A stretch of 41,966 nt of DNA from Desulfobacterales bacterium (GCA_050122495.1 JASFIU010000003.1:1-41966); one strand, 5' to 3'; counted from the stretch's first letter, positions 1-11,089 are shown. The notes: generated by a model from the sequence alone, not told the origin. Numbers and translations: made by a program.

Positions 1-1
1 G

Positions 2-76
2 TGGTGATCCCAGCGGGATTCGAACCCGCGTTACCGGCGTGAGAGGCCGGCGTCCTAACCACTAGACGATGGGACC
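2..76 (-). tRNA. tRNA-Glu (anticodon CTC)
   Basis: Reverse complement GGTCCCATCGTCTAGTGGTTAGGACGCCGGCCTCTCACGCCGGTAACGCGGGTTCGAATCCCGCTGGGATCACCA folds as a cloverleaf: CCGGC/GCCGG anticodon stem, loop CTCTCAC, GTTCGAAT T-loop, encoded CCA. Confidence 0.97.
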
Positions 77-169
77 GTTACTACTGGGGTCTAAATACAT
101 AAAAAAGCGGACAAATGTCAATTCATAATTTAGATGCTTACCAAATTGTCCGTTGATGGTGGTCCGCTG

Positions 170-373
170 TTAATTGAGCTTTTTGCCTTTACGAAACCCG
201 AAGATCAAATAGATGAAAACACCGATAAAAGGAACCGATGCAATCACCCACCACAATGCTTTTTTACCCGTGGTGCCGAAATCCTTTTGAGCCACATCGA
301 CGATGGCCCAAACCGTGGCTATGAAAAACGGGATGCATAGCGCCAGGAATATGCCGAGTAACTTTAAAGTCAT
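170..373 (-). CDS. Small membrane protein, PLD-nuclease N-terminal (PLDc_N) domain
   Basis: Two hydrophobic helices; WAIVDV...KKALWWVIASVPFIGVFIYLIFG matches the PLDc_N pattern. Confidence 0.8.
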   Translation of the reverse strand: MTLKLLGIFLALCIPFFIATVWAIVDVAQKDFGTTGKKALWWVIASVPFIGVFIYLIFGFRKGKKLN

Positions 374-375
374 GT

Positions 376-689
376 TACCTTAATCTTCCATGAAAATTAA
401 TGAGAACCGAAAATTAATTTTAGTGTCACAAATTTAAGCAAACTGGCATGGCATAACAAATTACCGATCATTAATAAAGGATCATAATCATTTTATCTCA
501 TTACTTTTCACCCTCACGGGCGAGCCGGAGGCTTCCATCTGCTGCGTTATTAAGGCCGAGGCATCCCGCTTATAGCGGGATAGCCTCAGCCTTAAATGCA
601 CCGCTTTGCGGCATGAAGCATCTGATTTTTAAAGATTAAGGAACTTCTCCTTTTATATGAAAGCCTCCGACTCGTGGAAAATCAAGGTA
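376..689. mobile_element. TA-ended MITE/ERIC-like element, copy 1 (314 bp, with internal insertions)
   Basis: 18-bp imperfect TIRs TACCTTAATCTTCCATGA / TCGTGGAAAATCAAGGTA; core nearly identical to 29707-29908. Confidence 0.75.
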
Positions 690-1577
690 TTAACCTTCCA
701 GGCGCCGGGAGATTTTTAAGATGGTGTTTACGTAGTAGGTGCTGTGGTTGTAATGATAGATAATTTTTTCAGCTTTTTTGCGGCTTTGCCCCGGACGCCA
801 TCCATGGCTTTTGAGATAATTGGCAATACTGGCCATGGAGTCGGCGTGATTGAGCATATCAACCGTTCCATCATTGTTGCCGTCTTTACCGTAAGCCAGA
901 ATGCTGGTGGGCATAAATTGGGCAACGCCCACCGCACCGGCAAAGGAGCCGGGAATTAATGCCGGATCAAAACCTTCCCGGCTGGTGTATTTTAGGAAAG
1001 CTTTAAGTTCTTTATAAGCCCACTTCGATCTGGAGTCGGCTTTTTTTTCAAATTTTTTTCTTGAGATTTTCTTTGAATTCGGAATCAGATCCCAGAACTG
1101 CTCGCGCACCACCGGATCCGTCAGGGCTGCCAGGGTGGAAAGGGTATTCAATGTCGATCGTGTTCCCACCGAAGCACCCAGGCCGGTTTCGACCAGCATG
1201 ATAGCGGTGATGATTCGTCGATCCACACCGAAGGCTTTCTCGGTGCGGATCAGGTCCTCTTTATTTTTTTTCATGTACTGTTTGGCCTTGCGGATGGACC
1301 AGTTATTTGTGAATTGGCCGTAATCCACCTGAGCCTCTTTGTAGGTAAAAAGGATGGTGACACCGTCCGCTTCAAAAAATACCTGGGGCCGGCTGTACAA
1401 TCTATTTATTTTTTTGCGATCAAAACCATCTTTGATCAATTGTTTTTTAACCGATGAAAATGCCTGGCTATCGGGTTTTACTGTAGCCCTGGATTCGGTC
1501 AGAACCAAATATCCGGCGATCAGCAGGCTGATAGCGAAAATTATCCTTTTCGTTTTCCGTTTGTAGCAATGTCGCAT
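690..1577 (-). CDS. mltB: Lytic murein transglycosylase, MltB/SLT_2 family
   Basis: AIMLVET (catalytic Glu), GSFAGAVGVAQFMPTS, DGNNDGTVD EF-hand-like loop, SIANYL, YNHS. Start moved to ATG 1577 (GGGAG RBS, followed by a membrane anchor). Confidence 0.88.
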   Translation of the reverse strand: MRHCYKRKTKRIIFAISLLIAGYLVLTESRATVKPDSQAFSSVKKQLIKDGFDRKKINRLYSRPQVFFEADGVTILFTYKEAQVDYGQFTNNWSIRKAKQYMKKNKEDLIRTEKAFGVDRRIITAIMLVETGLGASVGTRSTLNTLSTLAALTDPVVREQFWDLIPNSKKISRKKFEKKADSRSKWAYKELKAFLKYTSREGFDPALIPGSFAGAVGVAQFMPTSILAYGKDGNNDGTVDMLNHADSMASIANYLKSHGWRPGQSRKKAEKIIYHYNHSTYYVNTILKISRRLEG

Positions 1578-1670
1578 ATAAAAGACTCCCGGTGAGATCT
1601 CAGACCACAAAAAGTCGCGTTCATTCAGCTGGATAGAACCCGCTTGATTGCGTTGATGTCCCATGTTATT

Positions 1671-1868
1671 TAGAACCCATCTCACAAAGGCGTCTAAGTG
1701 CCCATGGCGGCGTTGTAAACCGATTTAAAATGCTCACATACTAACGTGTATGCTCCGCTTTCAAATCGATTTGCGCCTTGATGCATACATTAATCTGATT
1801 AGATTAGACATGTAATCCCGCTTCAGCGGGGCCCTGAACCCTAAGCCACCTTTTTGAGATGGGTTCTA
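1671..1868. mobile_element. MITE-like element with 20-bp TIRs
   Basis: TAGAACCCATCTCACAAAGG ... CCTTTTTGAGATGGGTTCTA (19/20 inverted match), TA termini, internal hairpins, no credible ORF. Confidence 0.75.
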
Positions 1869-1912
1869 TATTTTTTATTGAATAATAGCACATTTATCGG
1901 GTTATTTCTATT

Positions 1913-3280
1913 GTGAAAAAAAGCGCCAAAACGATCTATTGCTGTCAAACCTGCGGCTACCAGACCCCCAAATGGATGGGCAAGTGCCCGGATTGCGGTA
2001 CCTGGGACTCCATTGTGGAGGAAAGAGCGGCGGCCGGCTCTTTTCTGAATGGAGGCCGGGCGTTGACAAAACCGCAAACCGCACCCGTTGCTATCGATTC
2101 CATTGAGTTGGATAAGGAAAATCGCCTCTTAACTGATATCCGCGAATTTGACCGGGTCCTCGGCGGCGGCCTGGTGCCCGGGACCCTGGTGTTGATCGGC
2201 GGTGATCCCGGAATCGGCAAATCGACCTTGATGTTACAGGCTCTTTATGGGCTTGCGAATCAGGGTCATAAAGTTCTGTATATATCCGGGGAAGAATCCA
2301 ACCGCCAGATTCGGTTACGCAGTCAGCGGTTGGATACCATCTCTTCAGAGCTCATGGTGGTATCGGAAGTCGAAATTGAATCGATTCTGGCGATGATCCA
2401 ATCGGTGCAGCCGCGGGTGCTGGTCATTGATTCGATTCAAACCATGTATAACGCCGAGTTGACCTCGGCTCCCGGAAGTGTCAGCCAGGTAAGAGAATCC
2501 ACGGTTCGGCTGATGCTGATGGCCAAAAAGACCGGTATACCGACATTGCTGGTCGGTCATGTAACCAAAGACGGCGCGATTGCGGGACCCAAGCTTCTTG
2601 AGCATATGGTCGATACTGTTTTATATTTCGAAGGCGACCGCAACCACATCTTTCGAATTCTGCGTGCGGTTAAAAACAGGTTTGGCTCGACCAACGAAAT
2701 CGGGGTCTTCGAAATGAAAGATCAAGGCCTGGATGAGGTGGCCAACCCGTCAGCGGTTTTTTTATCCGAACGGCCCGCAAATGCAGCGGGCTCTGCTGTT
2801 ACCGCCAGCATGGAAGGCACGCGGCCGATCCTGGTTGAACTTCAGGCCCTGGCAAGCGGCACCAGTTTTGGCACTCCCCGGCGAACCATACTGGGGCTGG
2901 ATCCCAATCGGGTGGCTTTGCTGGCAGCGGTTATGGAAAAACAACTCGGGATGCATCTGATGGGCTATGATATTTTTATGAACGTGGCCGGCGGGGTAAA
3001 GGTGATCGAACCGGCGGTAGATATGGCCATCGTTTCGGCAATTGCTTCCAGCTTTTTAGACAAACCCATCTCCGACGGCACCGTCGTGATTGGCGAGGTC
3101 GGCCTTACCGGCGAAGTCAGGGCCATCGGCCAGATTGATACACGGGTTGCCGAGGCTAAAAAAATGGGATTTAAACGCTGTCTGCTGCCGGAAAGTAACT
3201 TAAAACGCATTCCCGATAATGACGGGATTGAAGTCGCGGGGATAAAAACCGTGGCCGAAGCGGTTGAGATGCTTTTTTGA
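1913..3280 (+). CDS. radA: DNA repair protein RadA/Sms
   Basis: N-terminal C4 Zn finger, Walker A GGDPGIGKST, KNRFG motif, Lon-like C-terminal domain. Confidence 0.98.
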   Translation: MKKSAKTIYCCQTCGYQTPKWMGKCPDCGTWDSIVEERAAAGSFLNGGRALTKPQTAPVAIDSIELDKENRLLTDIREFDRVLGGGLVPGTLVLIGGDPGIGKSTLMLQALYGLANQGHKVLYISGEESNRQIRLRSQRLDTISSELMVVSEVEIESILAMIQSVQPRVLVIDSIQTMYNAELTSAPGSVSQVRESTVRLMLMAKKTGIPTLLVGHVTKDGAIAGPKLLEHMVDTVLYFEGDRNHIFRILRAVKNRFGSTNEIGVFEMKDQGLDEVANPSAVFLSERPANAAGSAVTASMEGTRPILVELQALASGTSFGTPRRTILGLDPNRVALLAAVMEKQLGMHLMGYDIFMNVAGGVKVIEPAVDMAIVSAIASSFLDKPISDGTVVIGEVGLTGEVRAIGQIDTRVAEAKKMGFKRCLLPESNLKRIPDNDGIEVAGIKTVAEAVEMLF

Positions 3281-3900
3281 TAATGAAGCGCGTGGGTTCA
3301 AAAAAACAGCAGCGCTGGTCGGATCATTATTCGGAGCGTGCCAAAAAAGAACGTTTTCCGGCCAGATCTGTGTATAAGCTAAAAGAAGCTCAAAAAAAAT
3401 ATCGGTTGATCACAAAAGGCGACCGGGTTTTAGATCTGGGATGTTCGCCCGGTTCCTGGCTGCTGTATGCGGCCGAGCTGACCGGCAAACGCGGAAAGGT
3501 CTTGGGGCTTGACCTGAAGCCGGTTACGATACAGATTCCATCCCAGGCTGAAACGCTTGAGGTTGATATTCGAACGATCGATCAAACATGGATTGAAAAG
3601 CAAGATCTGAGAAACCGGTTTGATGTGGTCCTAAGCGACATGGCGCCGGCCACCACCGGCAACAAGGCGATCGATGCCGAACGATCGTATCAGCTATGCC
3701 AGGCTGCCCTGGATATTGCCCGAATGACATTGCGGCCCGGCGGCTCGTTTATCTGCAAAATTTTTCAGGGACAAGAATTCAAGCGCTTTTCTGATTCGGT
3801 CAGACGTCGGTTTAAAAGTTCTAAGATTTTCAAACCTCAGAGCAGCCGCAAAGTAAGTAAAGAGATATTTGTAGTCGGTTTAGGTTTTAAAAAGAGTTAG
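3277..3900 (+). CDS. rlmE: 23S rRNA Um2552 2'-O-methyltransferase (ATG at 3283 is an alternative start)
   Basis: ARSVYKL, DLGCSPGSW SAM-binding motif, SDMAP; K-D-K-E catalytic tetrad present. Confidence 0.95.
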   Translation: MIMKRVGSKKQQRWSDHYSERAKKERFPARSVYKLKEAQKKYRLITKGDRVLDLGCSPGSWLLYAAELTGKRGKVLGLDLKPVTIQIPSQAETLEVDIRTIDQTWIEKQDLRNRFDVVLSDMAPATTGNKAIDAERSYQLCQAALDIARMTLRPGGSFICKIFQGQEFKRFSDSVRRRFKSSKIFKPQSSRKVSKEIFVVGLGFKKS

Positions 3901-3938
3901 CATACTTCAACATAAATATGTGTTATAGCGTCAGTCAA

Positions 3939-4067
3939 TTGGAATAATGGAATGGTGTAATAATGGGTTATGTCGATCAAAATCGGATAAAACAAGACCT
4001 TTTCCTTCTTTTATACCCAATATTCCAGCATGGCGCTAAAGCTTCACTTCGTGCCCAACATTCCATT
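3939..4067. repeat. Intergenic palindrome with degenerate 8-mer arms (GGAATAAT / ATTCCA)
   Basis: TTGGAATAATGGAATGGTGTAATAATGGGTT ... ACCCAATATTCCAGCA...CAACATTCCATT. Confidence 0.6.
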
Positions 4068-4148
4068 TGGTAATTAGAATGTGCTATCTTCAAGGTAAAT
4101 GATTTCATTCAAGATTAAAAATTTTGAGGAAGTGATATAGGAGGAAAA

Positions 4149-4892
4149 ATGTCGGGTCATAGCAAATGGTCGAGTATCAAGCATAAAAAAGCCGCAACCG
4201 ATGCCAAACGGGGCAAAATTTTCACGAAACTGATCAAGGAAATTACAGTTGCAGCCCGTATGGGCGGTGGCGACGCAGATGCCAACCCGAGGCTGAGAAC
4301 GGCCATACTGGCGGCTAAAAGTGAAAACATGCCCAAGGATAATATCGAACGGGCCATCAAAAAAGGAACTGGCGAGCTCGAGGGCGTCAATTACGAAGAA
4401 AGCATCTATGAAGGTTATGGCCCGGGGGGTGCAGCGGTTTTGATCGAATCCCTATCGGACAACAAAAATCGAACGGTGGCCGATATCCGTTATATATTCA
4501 GCAAAGCCGGCGGCAGTATGGGTGAAAACGGCTGTGTGGCCTGGATGTTCGATAAAAAGGGCTATATCGCTGTTGAAAATAAAGCCGTGGATGAGGAAGC
4601 ATTAATGGAGGCAGCTCTGGATGCCGGGGCCGAAGATATTCGCGAAGACGACAGCAATTTTGAAGTCATTACGGCGCCCGAAGATTTTGAAGGGGTCAAA
4701 GCGGCCATCGACAGCGCATCCATCCCCTATACAGTCGCTGAAGTGACCATGCTGCCGCAGTCCACTACCTTTTTGAAGGGTAAAGAAGCCGAGCAGATGA
4801 TTAAGCTTATGGATGCGTTAGAAGACTGTGACGATGTGCAGAAGGTTTATACTAACGCCGACATCCCCGATGAGATAGTTAATAGTTTATAG
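4149..4892 (+). CDS. yebC: YebC/PmpR (TACO1) family protein
   Basis: [15 protein letters not shown]-terminus, [17 protein letters not shown]; GGAGG RBS. Confidence 0.97.
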   Translation: MSGHSKWSSIKHKKAATDAKRGKIFTKLIKEITVAARMGGGDADANPRLRTAILAAKSENMPKDNIERAIKKGTGELEGVNYEESIYEGYGPGGAAVLIESLSDNKNRTVADIRYIFSKAGGSMGENGCVAWMFDKKGYIAVENKAVDEEALMEAALDAGAEDIREDDSNFEVITAPEDFEGVKAAIDSASIPYTVAEVTMLPQSTTFLKGKEAEQMIKLMDALEDCDDVQKVYTNADIPDEIVNSL

Positions 4893-4938
4893 AATATTCT
4901 TGCTGGATACTTAATGGCTGCCGCCTACTGCTTCAAAT

Positions 4939-5122
4939 AGGTTTCAGCCGGCAAATTTAGGAATTGCGAATTCAGGAATTTAGGAATTAAAGGTATTCTG
5001 CCCGTCGAGAGCCTCCCTTCGAGTGCCTCAGGGTCTAACGACAGGGTCGAACGATCATTCTAATTCCTAAATCCCTCAATTCCTGAATTCCTCAATCATT
5101 GCTTGTCTGACACCTGACACCT
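4939..5122. repeat. Nested palindromic repeat: 8-mer arms (AATTTAGG/CCTAAATT-type) inside AGGTTTCAG/CTGACACCT arms
   Basis: AATTTAGGAATTGCGAATTCAGGAATTTAGGAATT ... AATTCCTAAATCCCTCAATTCCTGAATTCCTCAAT, between convergent yebC and lolA. Confidence 0.7.
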
Positions 5123-5141
5123 ATGTTTTTGACCCCTGAGC

Positions 5142-5849
5142 TTACTCGTCTATTTGTAAGACATCCACCCCCTCCGGGATTTCGAAGCTGAAGAGCGAAT
5201 CTTCCAAATTTACGCCAAATGCAGAATTGATCAGATCGATGCGGGTCTCGTCACCGTAAGAATTCAGGGTGCTGACCTGCAGGACGTTGAAGGTTTTTTG
5301 GGATATCATTAGATGAATCATCGAGATATCCAGCGTCTTTTCGAGGGGTATTAGCTTTAGATGATAGAACAGGTCGCTTTCTTCAGGTTTACCCTGTTCC
5401 AAAGAGATATCAAATTTTTGTCGAATCAGCCGGATATCGGATAAAAAACTTGCCCCTTTACCATCTTTGAAAAACGTAGGCGCATTGCCGGTCATGACCT
5501 GGTTGTCTTCGGGCCGGTAAATCCACAGCTTATCCGCATCGGTAATAATGATTTGCCGATCCGGCTCTTCATACTCCCAGCGCATCATACCGGGGTATTT
5601 GATGTAAACCTTTCCTGTCGCCAGATCTGTAATGTCCATCGCTTTGATGGTGGACTTTTGGATAAAATCTGCTGAAAATTTTGAATCCGCATACTTATTT
5701 TCGACTCGATCCAGGATATGATCTACCGTAAGGGGGGTACTCTCAGCTGCGACCCCCACACCCTGCAACCCGCCCAAGTGCAAGAGCATCATGACGCCGA
5801 GCAGAAAAGCTGAACCAAAACGACAAATTCGGGTTGTTAACCTCATCAT
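5142..5849 (-). CDS. lolA: Outer-membrane lipoprotein carrier LolA
   Basis: Signal peptide, FSADFIQ, GKVYIKYPGMMRWEYEEP, LWIYRPEDNQV, FSFEIPEGVDV. Confidence 0.9.
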   Translation of the reverse strand: MMRLTTRICRFGSAFLLGVMMLLHLGGLQGVGVAAESTPLTVDHILDRVENKYADSKFSADFIQKSTIKAMDITDLATGKVYIKYPGMMRWEYEEPDRQIIITDADKLWIYRPEDNQVMTGNAPTFFKDGKGASFLSDIRLIRQKFDISLEQGKPEESDLFYHLKLIPLEKTLDISMIHLMISQKTFNVLQVSTLNSYGDETRIDLINSAFGVNLEDSLFSFEIPEGVDVLQIDE

Positions 5850-5856
5850 TAATCCT

Positions 5857-6762
5857 CTAACTCAATTCTTTGATCAGTTTGTCGATATCATCTTTGCCTT
5901 CCAGGGCAATGGATTGCTCGCCCGGCGGCATTAAATCAAAAAATTCGGTTTTTCCAAAAACAGCCAGGCTGGTTCGATCAATCATTTCTATCTTTTTGCG
6001 TGCATCGGCCTTGTCAATATAGGCTACGCGTTTGCCTTTCATCACCAGGGTCTCGACATTATGCTTTGCTAACTGAATATCTAAATTTTTAGCTTTTTGC
6101 AAACTTTGGAAATAGAATCTTTTTTTGGTCATTAGCGCCTGGAACATATCCAGCTCATCTTTGCACTCATCTAAAAAGCTCAATATAAAATCAAGGTAAT
6201 CTAAAAATTCATCGCTATCCATTTGCAGTTTTTCAAAAAACATCTGCAGAAATACAATCTTGTTTTGCGACGTGATCGGCTTTGCATTTCGGAGTCGGAC
6301 TCTGCACCGGGTTTGAATGGTTACGGGAACGTATTTGTCGATTGAGGCGCTTAGCTCGGGGTTTGCAGACCTCAACAGGTTTAGGTGTCCGATGAACTGC
6401 GCTGCGTTTGCAGAATTAACCGCCATCTCCAGGGACCCCCGGTCGTCTGGGAAATGAATGCGGGCTTGAAAGGCTTTATGACAAACCAAATCCTGGATTT
6501 CTTGTTCGTCCTGCTTTTGGAGGCGGGTCTCTCCCAGCAATTGTTCCAACTGGATTTGCACCGACTCATCCGGGAAAAAGAGCAGCTCTATGAGCGAATC
6601 GGCTTCACAGTTGGATTCATCCTGAATCAGTTCCTCAAGTTCGCCGATAGAGGGATTTGAAAACGTCGAGTCGATATAATGCTGCGTATCTGCATTCAAC
6701 CTCAATCCGTCCTGCAGAATATCAATAATCTTTTCCGCTATCTGTTTATTTATAGATGCCAT
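5857..6762 (-). CDS. Hypothetical protein (301 aa, mostly helical)
   Basis: Long ATG ORF ending 7 bp before lolA; no family recognised. Confidence 0.8.
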   Translation of the reverse strand: MASINKQIAEKIIDILQDGLRLNADTQHYIDSTFSNPSIGELEELIQDESNCEADSLIELLFFPDESVQIQLEQLLGETRLQKQDEQEIQDLVCHKAFQARIHFPDDRGSLEMAVNSANAAQFIGHLNLLRSANPELSASIDKYVPVTIQTRCRVRLRNAKPITSQNKIVFLQMFFEKLQMDSDEFLDYLDFILSFLDECKDELDMFQALMTKKRFYFQSLQKAKNLDIQLAKHNVETLVMKGKRVAYIDKADARKKIEMIDRTSLAVFGKTEFFDLMPPGEQSIALEGKDDIDKLIKELS

Positions 6763-6799
6763 TTGAATTCAAATTAATCACGAAAACACAAAGTTTTTT

Positions 6800-6930
6800 A
6801 AAGTGCCTAAAGTGCCCTAAAGTGAGCTAAAGTGACTAAAGTTTTGGTGTCGCTACGCTCCGTCTCTTATGAAAATGATAGTATGCCTTAACTTTAGGCA
6901 CTTCCAACTTTAGTTCACTCTAGTCACTTT
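6800..6930. repeat. Intergenic palindrome with 9-10-mer tandem arms (AAAGTG-n-CT / AG-n-CACTTT)
   Basis: AAAGTGCCTAAAGTGCCCTAAAGTGAGCTAAAGTGACTAAAGTT ... AACTTTAGGCACTTCCAACTTTAGTTCACTCTAGTCACTTT. Confidence 0.75.
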
Positions 6931-6931
6931 T

Positions 6932-7519
6932 CTATATATAAGGAGCCAGCTTCATCATGAGATCATGCTTCTGCAACCCCCCCGGCATGCTCTCTTTCAT
7001 CTGACCGTTATCAAAAATAAACAAAAAGGGGACACTCATGATATTGTATTTTGAAGCCAGCATGGGATTAGCGTCGACGTTTATCTTGCCCACCCGGATT
7101 TTACCTTTGGCACTGGAGGCAAATTCATCGATAATGGGCGTTACCGAACCACAGGTCGGGCACCAGGGCGCCCAGGCATACAATAAGACCGGCAGGGGAG
7201 ATTTTAATACCTTGGCATCAAAATTACTGTCGGTGACCATGAGAGGCTGCGGCTCAAACAGCTCCTCGGTTTTAAGCAAAGCACCGCATTTGCCGCATTT
7301 GGCGCCGGCATCAATTTTATCGGCCGGAATTTTATTCTTCGCTCCGCATTCGGAGCAACGCATCTTGATGGCCTCGCCCGAGACGGTTTTTTTCTGTTCG
7401 GCCGGCAGGAGGGCGTGACATTTCCCGCACTTAGCAGCCGCGTTTGTTTTATCTGCAGGTATCCGGTTGCCGGCCCCGCACTCCGGACAACGAACGATAT
7501 GAAAATTAGTTTGATTCAT
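6932..7519 (-). CDS. Thioredoxin, TrxC/Trx2-like, with two N-terminal Zn-ribbon domains
   Basis: CPECGAGNRI..CGKC and CSECGAKNKI..CGKC, then a Trx fold with WAPWCPTC and cis-Pro MSVP. Confidence 0.9.
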   Translation of the reverse strand: MNQTNFHIVRCPECGAGNRIPADKTNAAAKCGKCHALLPAEQKKTVSGEAIKMRCSECGAKNKIPADKIDAGAKCGKCGALLKTEELFEPQPLMVTDSNFDAKVLKSPLPVLLYAWAPWCPTCGSVTPIIDEFASSAKGKIRVGKINVDANPMLASKYNIMSVPFLFIFDNGQMKESMPGGLQKHDLMMKLAPYI

Positions 7520-7610
7520 CTGCTCCCCACGTCATATCTTGACCATAAAATTTTCTATATCATAAGGACTCAAACGCTTAAGTAAAGGACTACGTCGTTA
7601 ATGTCATAAA

Positions 7611-7749
7611 CAGAATTCAGATGTCAGGTGTCAGGGGTCATTAAACAGAAGACAGAAGTTCTAATTTAGAGATTTTGGAGTTGTGCTGTTGATCTGTTGT
7701 TCTCCCTGCTCTGTCCTCTGTCCTCTGACTTCTGATTTCTGACATCTGG
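7611..7749. repeat. Intergenic palindrome with heptamer arms (CAGAnGT / TCTGnCC)
   Basis: CAGAATTCAGATGTCAGGTGTCAGG...CAGAAGACAGAAG ... CTCTGTCCTCTGTCCTCTGACTTCTGATTTCTGACATCTG. Confidence 0.7.
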
Positions 7750-7751
7750 CC

Positions 7752-9128
<1,377 letters not shown>

Positions 9129-9137
9129 AAGCTCATA

Positions 9138-10919
9138 TTACCTTCGGTTTAGTTTTTCACCAAAAGGGATTTTAATGCTGAAAGTAGTCCCCTTTCCTTG
9201 ATCACTCCTCGCATATATCTTGCCGCCCATTGCCTCTATTATATTGTGAGCGATCGCCAGCCCTAAACCGGTTCCGGTTGATTTTGTGGTAAAGTAAGGT
9301 TCAAAAATTTTGGATAAATTTTCCCGGCTGATGCCACGACCGGTGTCTGAAACCCGAATAAAGACATTGCGGTGTTGTCCATCGGAGGAAATCACCACCT
9401 TCAGTTCACCGCCGCGTTCCATGGCGTCAATTGCATTCAGATACAGATTCAATAAAACCTGATTAAGGCGATCGGGATCAATCCGTACCGTGTCCATCGG
9501 GGTGTTATTTCGCGTTAGGATAGAGATGCTTTTTTCGTCGGCGTGGTCTTTAATCAGCTTGACGGAGTCATCCAGCAGGGCCTGCAACGAAATCGATTTT
9601 GGCTTCACGGGCACCGGCTTTGCGAATTCGAGGAGCTGCCCCACGACCCGGTTGAGGCGGTCGACTTCCTGGATCATGATATCGGCGGTCTGTTGATCGT
9701 CCGGTCGATCCGGATAGCGCTCTTTAAAATAGGTGGCGAATCCCTTGATGGAGCTCAAGGGGTTGCGAATTTCATGGGCGACACCGGCAGCCAATCTGCC
9801 CACCGAGGCCAGGCGCTGACTGCGAGCGACTTCTCTCCTGAGGGTGCGCACTTCGGTTAGGTCTTTAAACAGCAGGACATGGCCCAGGAACACCTCGTCT
9901 TCATCTTTAAGGCGGCTGGCTCCGATTTCCAGCGGAACGCTATTTCCTTCGGATGTGGTACATTCGATTTCCTTTTCGATAACCGCATCCCGGTTTTGAG
10001 AATCTTCTATCTCTTCCAAGAGTTCTGCCGGAAGTATGCGCCGGGCCTCCCGGCCGATGATGTTTGTGGCGGAGAGCTGCAGAATGGATTCGGCACCACG
10101 ATTGAAGGCCGCAATTCTGCCCTGATTGTCCAGTGCCAATAAACCGATGGGCACATTTTCCACGACGTTATCGGAAAATGCCTTTATCCTGGAAAGCGAA
10201 GCCCGCGTGGCGCGATAACTTTGAAGCAGAAACAGCAGCGTGAACCCGGCAAATCCGACCAGCAGCAAGATGGCCCCCATCATAACGGCGTGGCGCACAT
10301 CTGCTCTTTGAGCCTCTTCAATCGGATTCATGTCCAGCCCAACGAAGATAATCTGCGGGGAGTCGGAGGCTGCTTCATTTTCCTGCCAGTGCGGTTGGGA
10401 ACGGCGGCCCATCATCCCCATGTGGCGCTGCATCATCCCCATCCCTCTGGGAGGACCGGATGGGATGAATTTTCGATAGACCTCAAAAATGTTGTTGCCA
10501 TCGTCCGGTGTAATCTGACGCCATTGCAGGGTTTTATTACGCGCTATTTCCTTAAGATCCAATTCGGCCGCATGGCCGGCACCGATTTGATCGGGATTGC
10601 TGTGGGCGAGGGCTTTTCCGGTTTCATCGGCCACCAGAAGATGAACGATATCAGGTTGTTGAGCGGTTTCTGCCAGGAGCTGCTGCAGCTGAAATCCTCC
10701 CCATTGCCTGCCCATCATTCCTGTTCGAGTGCCGGCTTCAAAGGATCGGATCAGGGCCGCTCCTTTTTCCAGCAGAAGATGGATGCTTTTTTCCTTCTGG
10801 CGGTTGATGTTTTCAATGGTAACAAAAACAACAATCGGCAGCAGTACGGCCGCCGCCCCGATTAATACCCAGGGCGGAACCCCGGCCCAGAATTTTTTAT
10901 TTTTTGATTTGGTAAACAT
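9138..10919 (-). CDS. zraS: PAS-containing sensor histidine kinase, ZraS-like
   Basis: Two TM segments, LLEKGAALIRSFEAGTRTGM (ZraS-like), PAS, H-box AHEIRNPL, HATPase N/G boxes. Confidence 0.8.
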   Translation of the reverse strand: MFTKSKNKKFWAGVPPWVLIGAAAVLLPIVVFVTIENINRQKEKSIHLLLEKGAALIRSFEAGTRTGMMGRQWGGFQLQQLLAETAQQPDIVHLLVADETGKALAHSNPDQIGAGHAAELDLKEIARNKTLQWRQITPDDGNNIFEVYRKFIPSGPPRGMGMMQRHMGMMGRRSQPHWQENEAASDSPQIIFVGLDMNPIEEAQRADVRHAVMMGAILLLVGFAGFTLLFLLQSYRATRASLSRIKAFSDNVVENVPIGLLALDNQGRIAAFNRGAESILQLSATNIIGREARRILPAELLEEIEDSQNRDAVIEKEIECTTSEGNSVPLEIGASRLKDEDEVFLGHVLLFKDLTEVRTLRREVARSQRLASVGRLAAGVAHEIRNPLSSIKGFATYFKERYPDRPDDQQTADIMIQEVDRLNRVVGQLLEFAKPVPVKPKSISLQALLDDSVKLIKDHADEKSISILTRNNTPMDTVRIDPDRLNQVLLNLYLNAIDAMERGGELKVVISSDGQHRNVFIRVSDTGRGISRENLSKIFEPYFTTKSTGTGLGLAIAHNIIEAMGGKIYARSDQGKGTTFSIKIPFGEKLNRR

Positions 10920-10962
10920 AACGACTTCTCAGAGCAAATTAAAAAGCCAAAGGCTTTTTAAT

Positions 10963-11012
10963 TGTGTACAAAATATCCAATTTTTTATTCGTAACTGGAT
11001 ACATAGTATACA
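10963..11012. promoter_or_regulatory. Pair of putative activator (ZraR-like) upstream sites
   Basis: Two 17-bp imperfect palindromes TGTGTACAAAATATCCA and TGGATACATAGTATACA, 33 bp apart, about 120-170 bp upstream of the sigma54 promoter. Confidence 0.55.
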
Positions 11013-11089
11013 TTATTTTCCCAAATTCAACCGGTAGGAATGGATCTTATCGATCGGGAATAACTCAATTATAAAAATTATTTTATTAA

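Noticed and set aside
1-76. tRNA-Glu as the integration site of an island
   Set aside because: Its 3' end points out of the window, and no integrase or duplicated tRNA 3' end was seen inside it.
444-460. TGGCATG as a sigma54 promoter
   Set aside because: No GC at the -12 position, and it lies within a repeat.
1578-1685. N-terminal extension of mltB in the ORF track (similarly zraP 11238, SBP 12283, menA 40304)
   Set aside because: Downstream ATGs have better RBSs or fit the family N-terminus; some extensions run into repeats.
6800-6930. Tandem repeats here and at 4954, 7611, 15663 and 18638 as possible CRISPR arrays
   Set aside because: Units are 7-10 nt, adjacent and inverted, with no 25-40-nt repeats separated by regular spacers; no cas genes.
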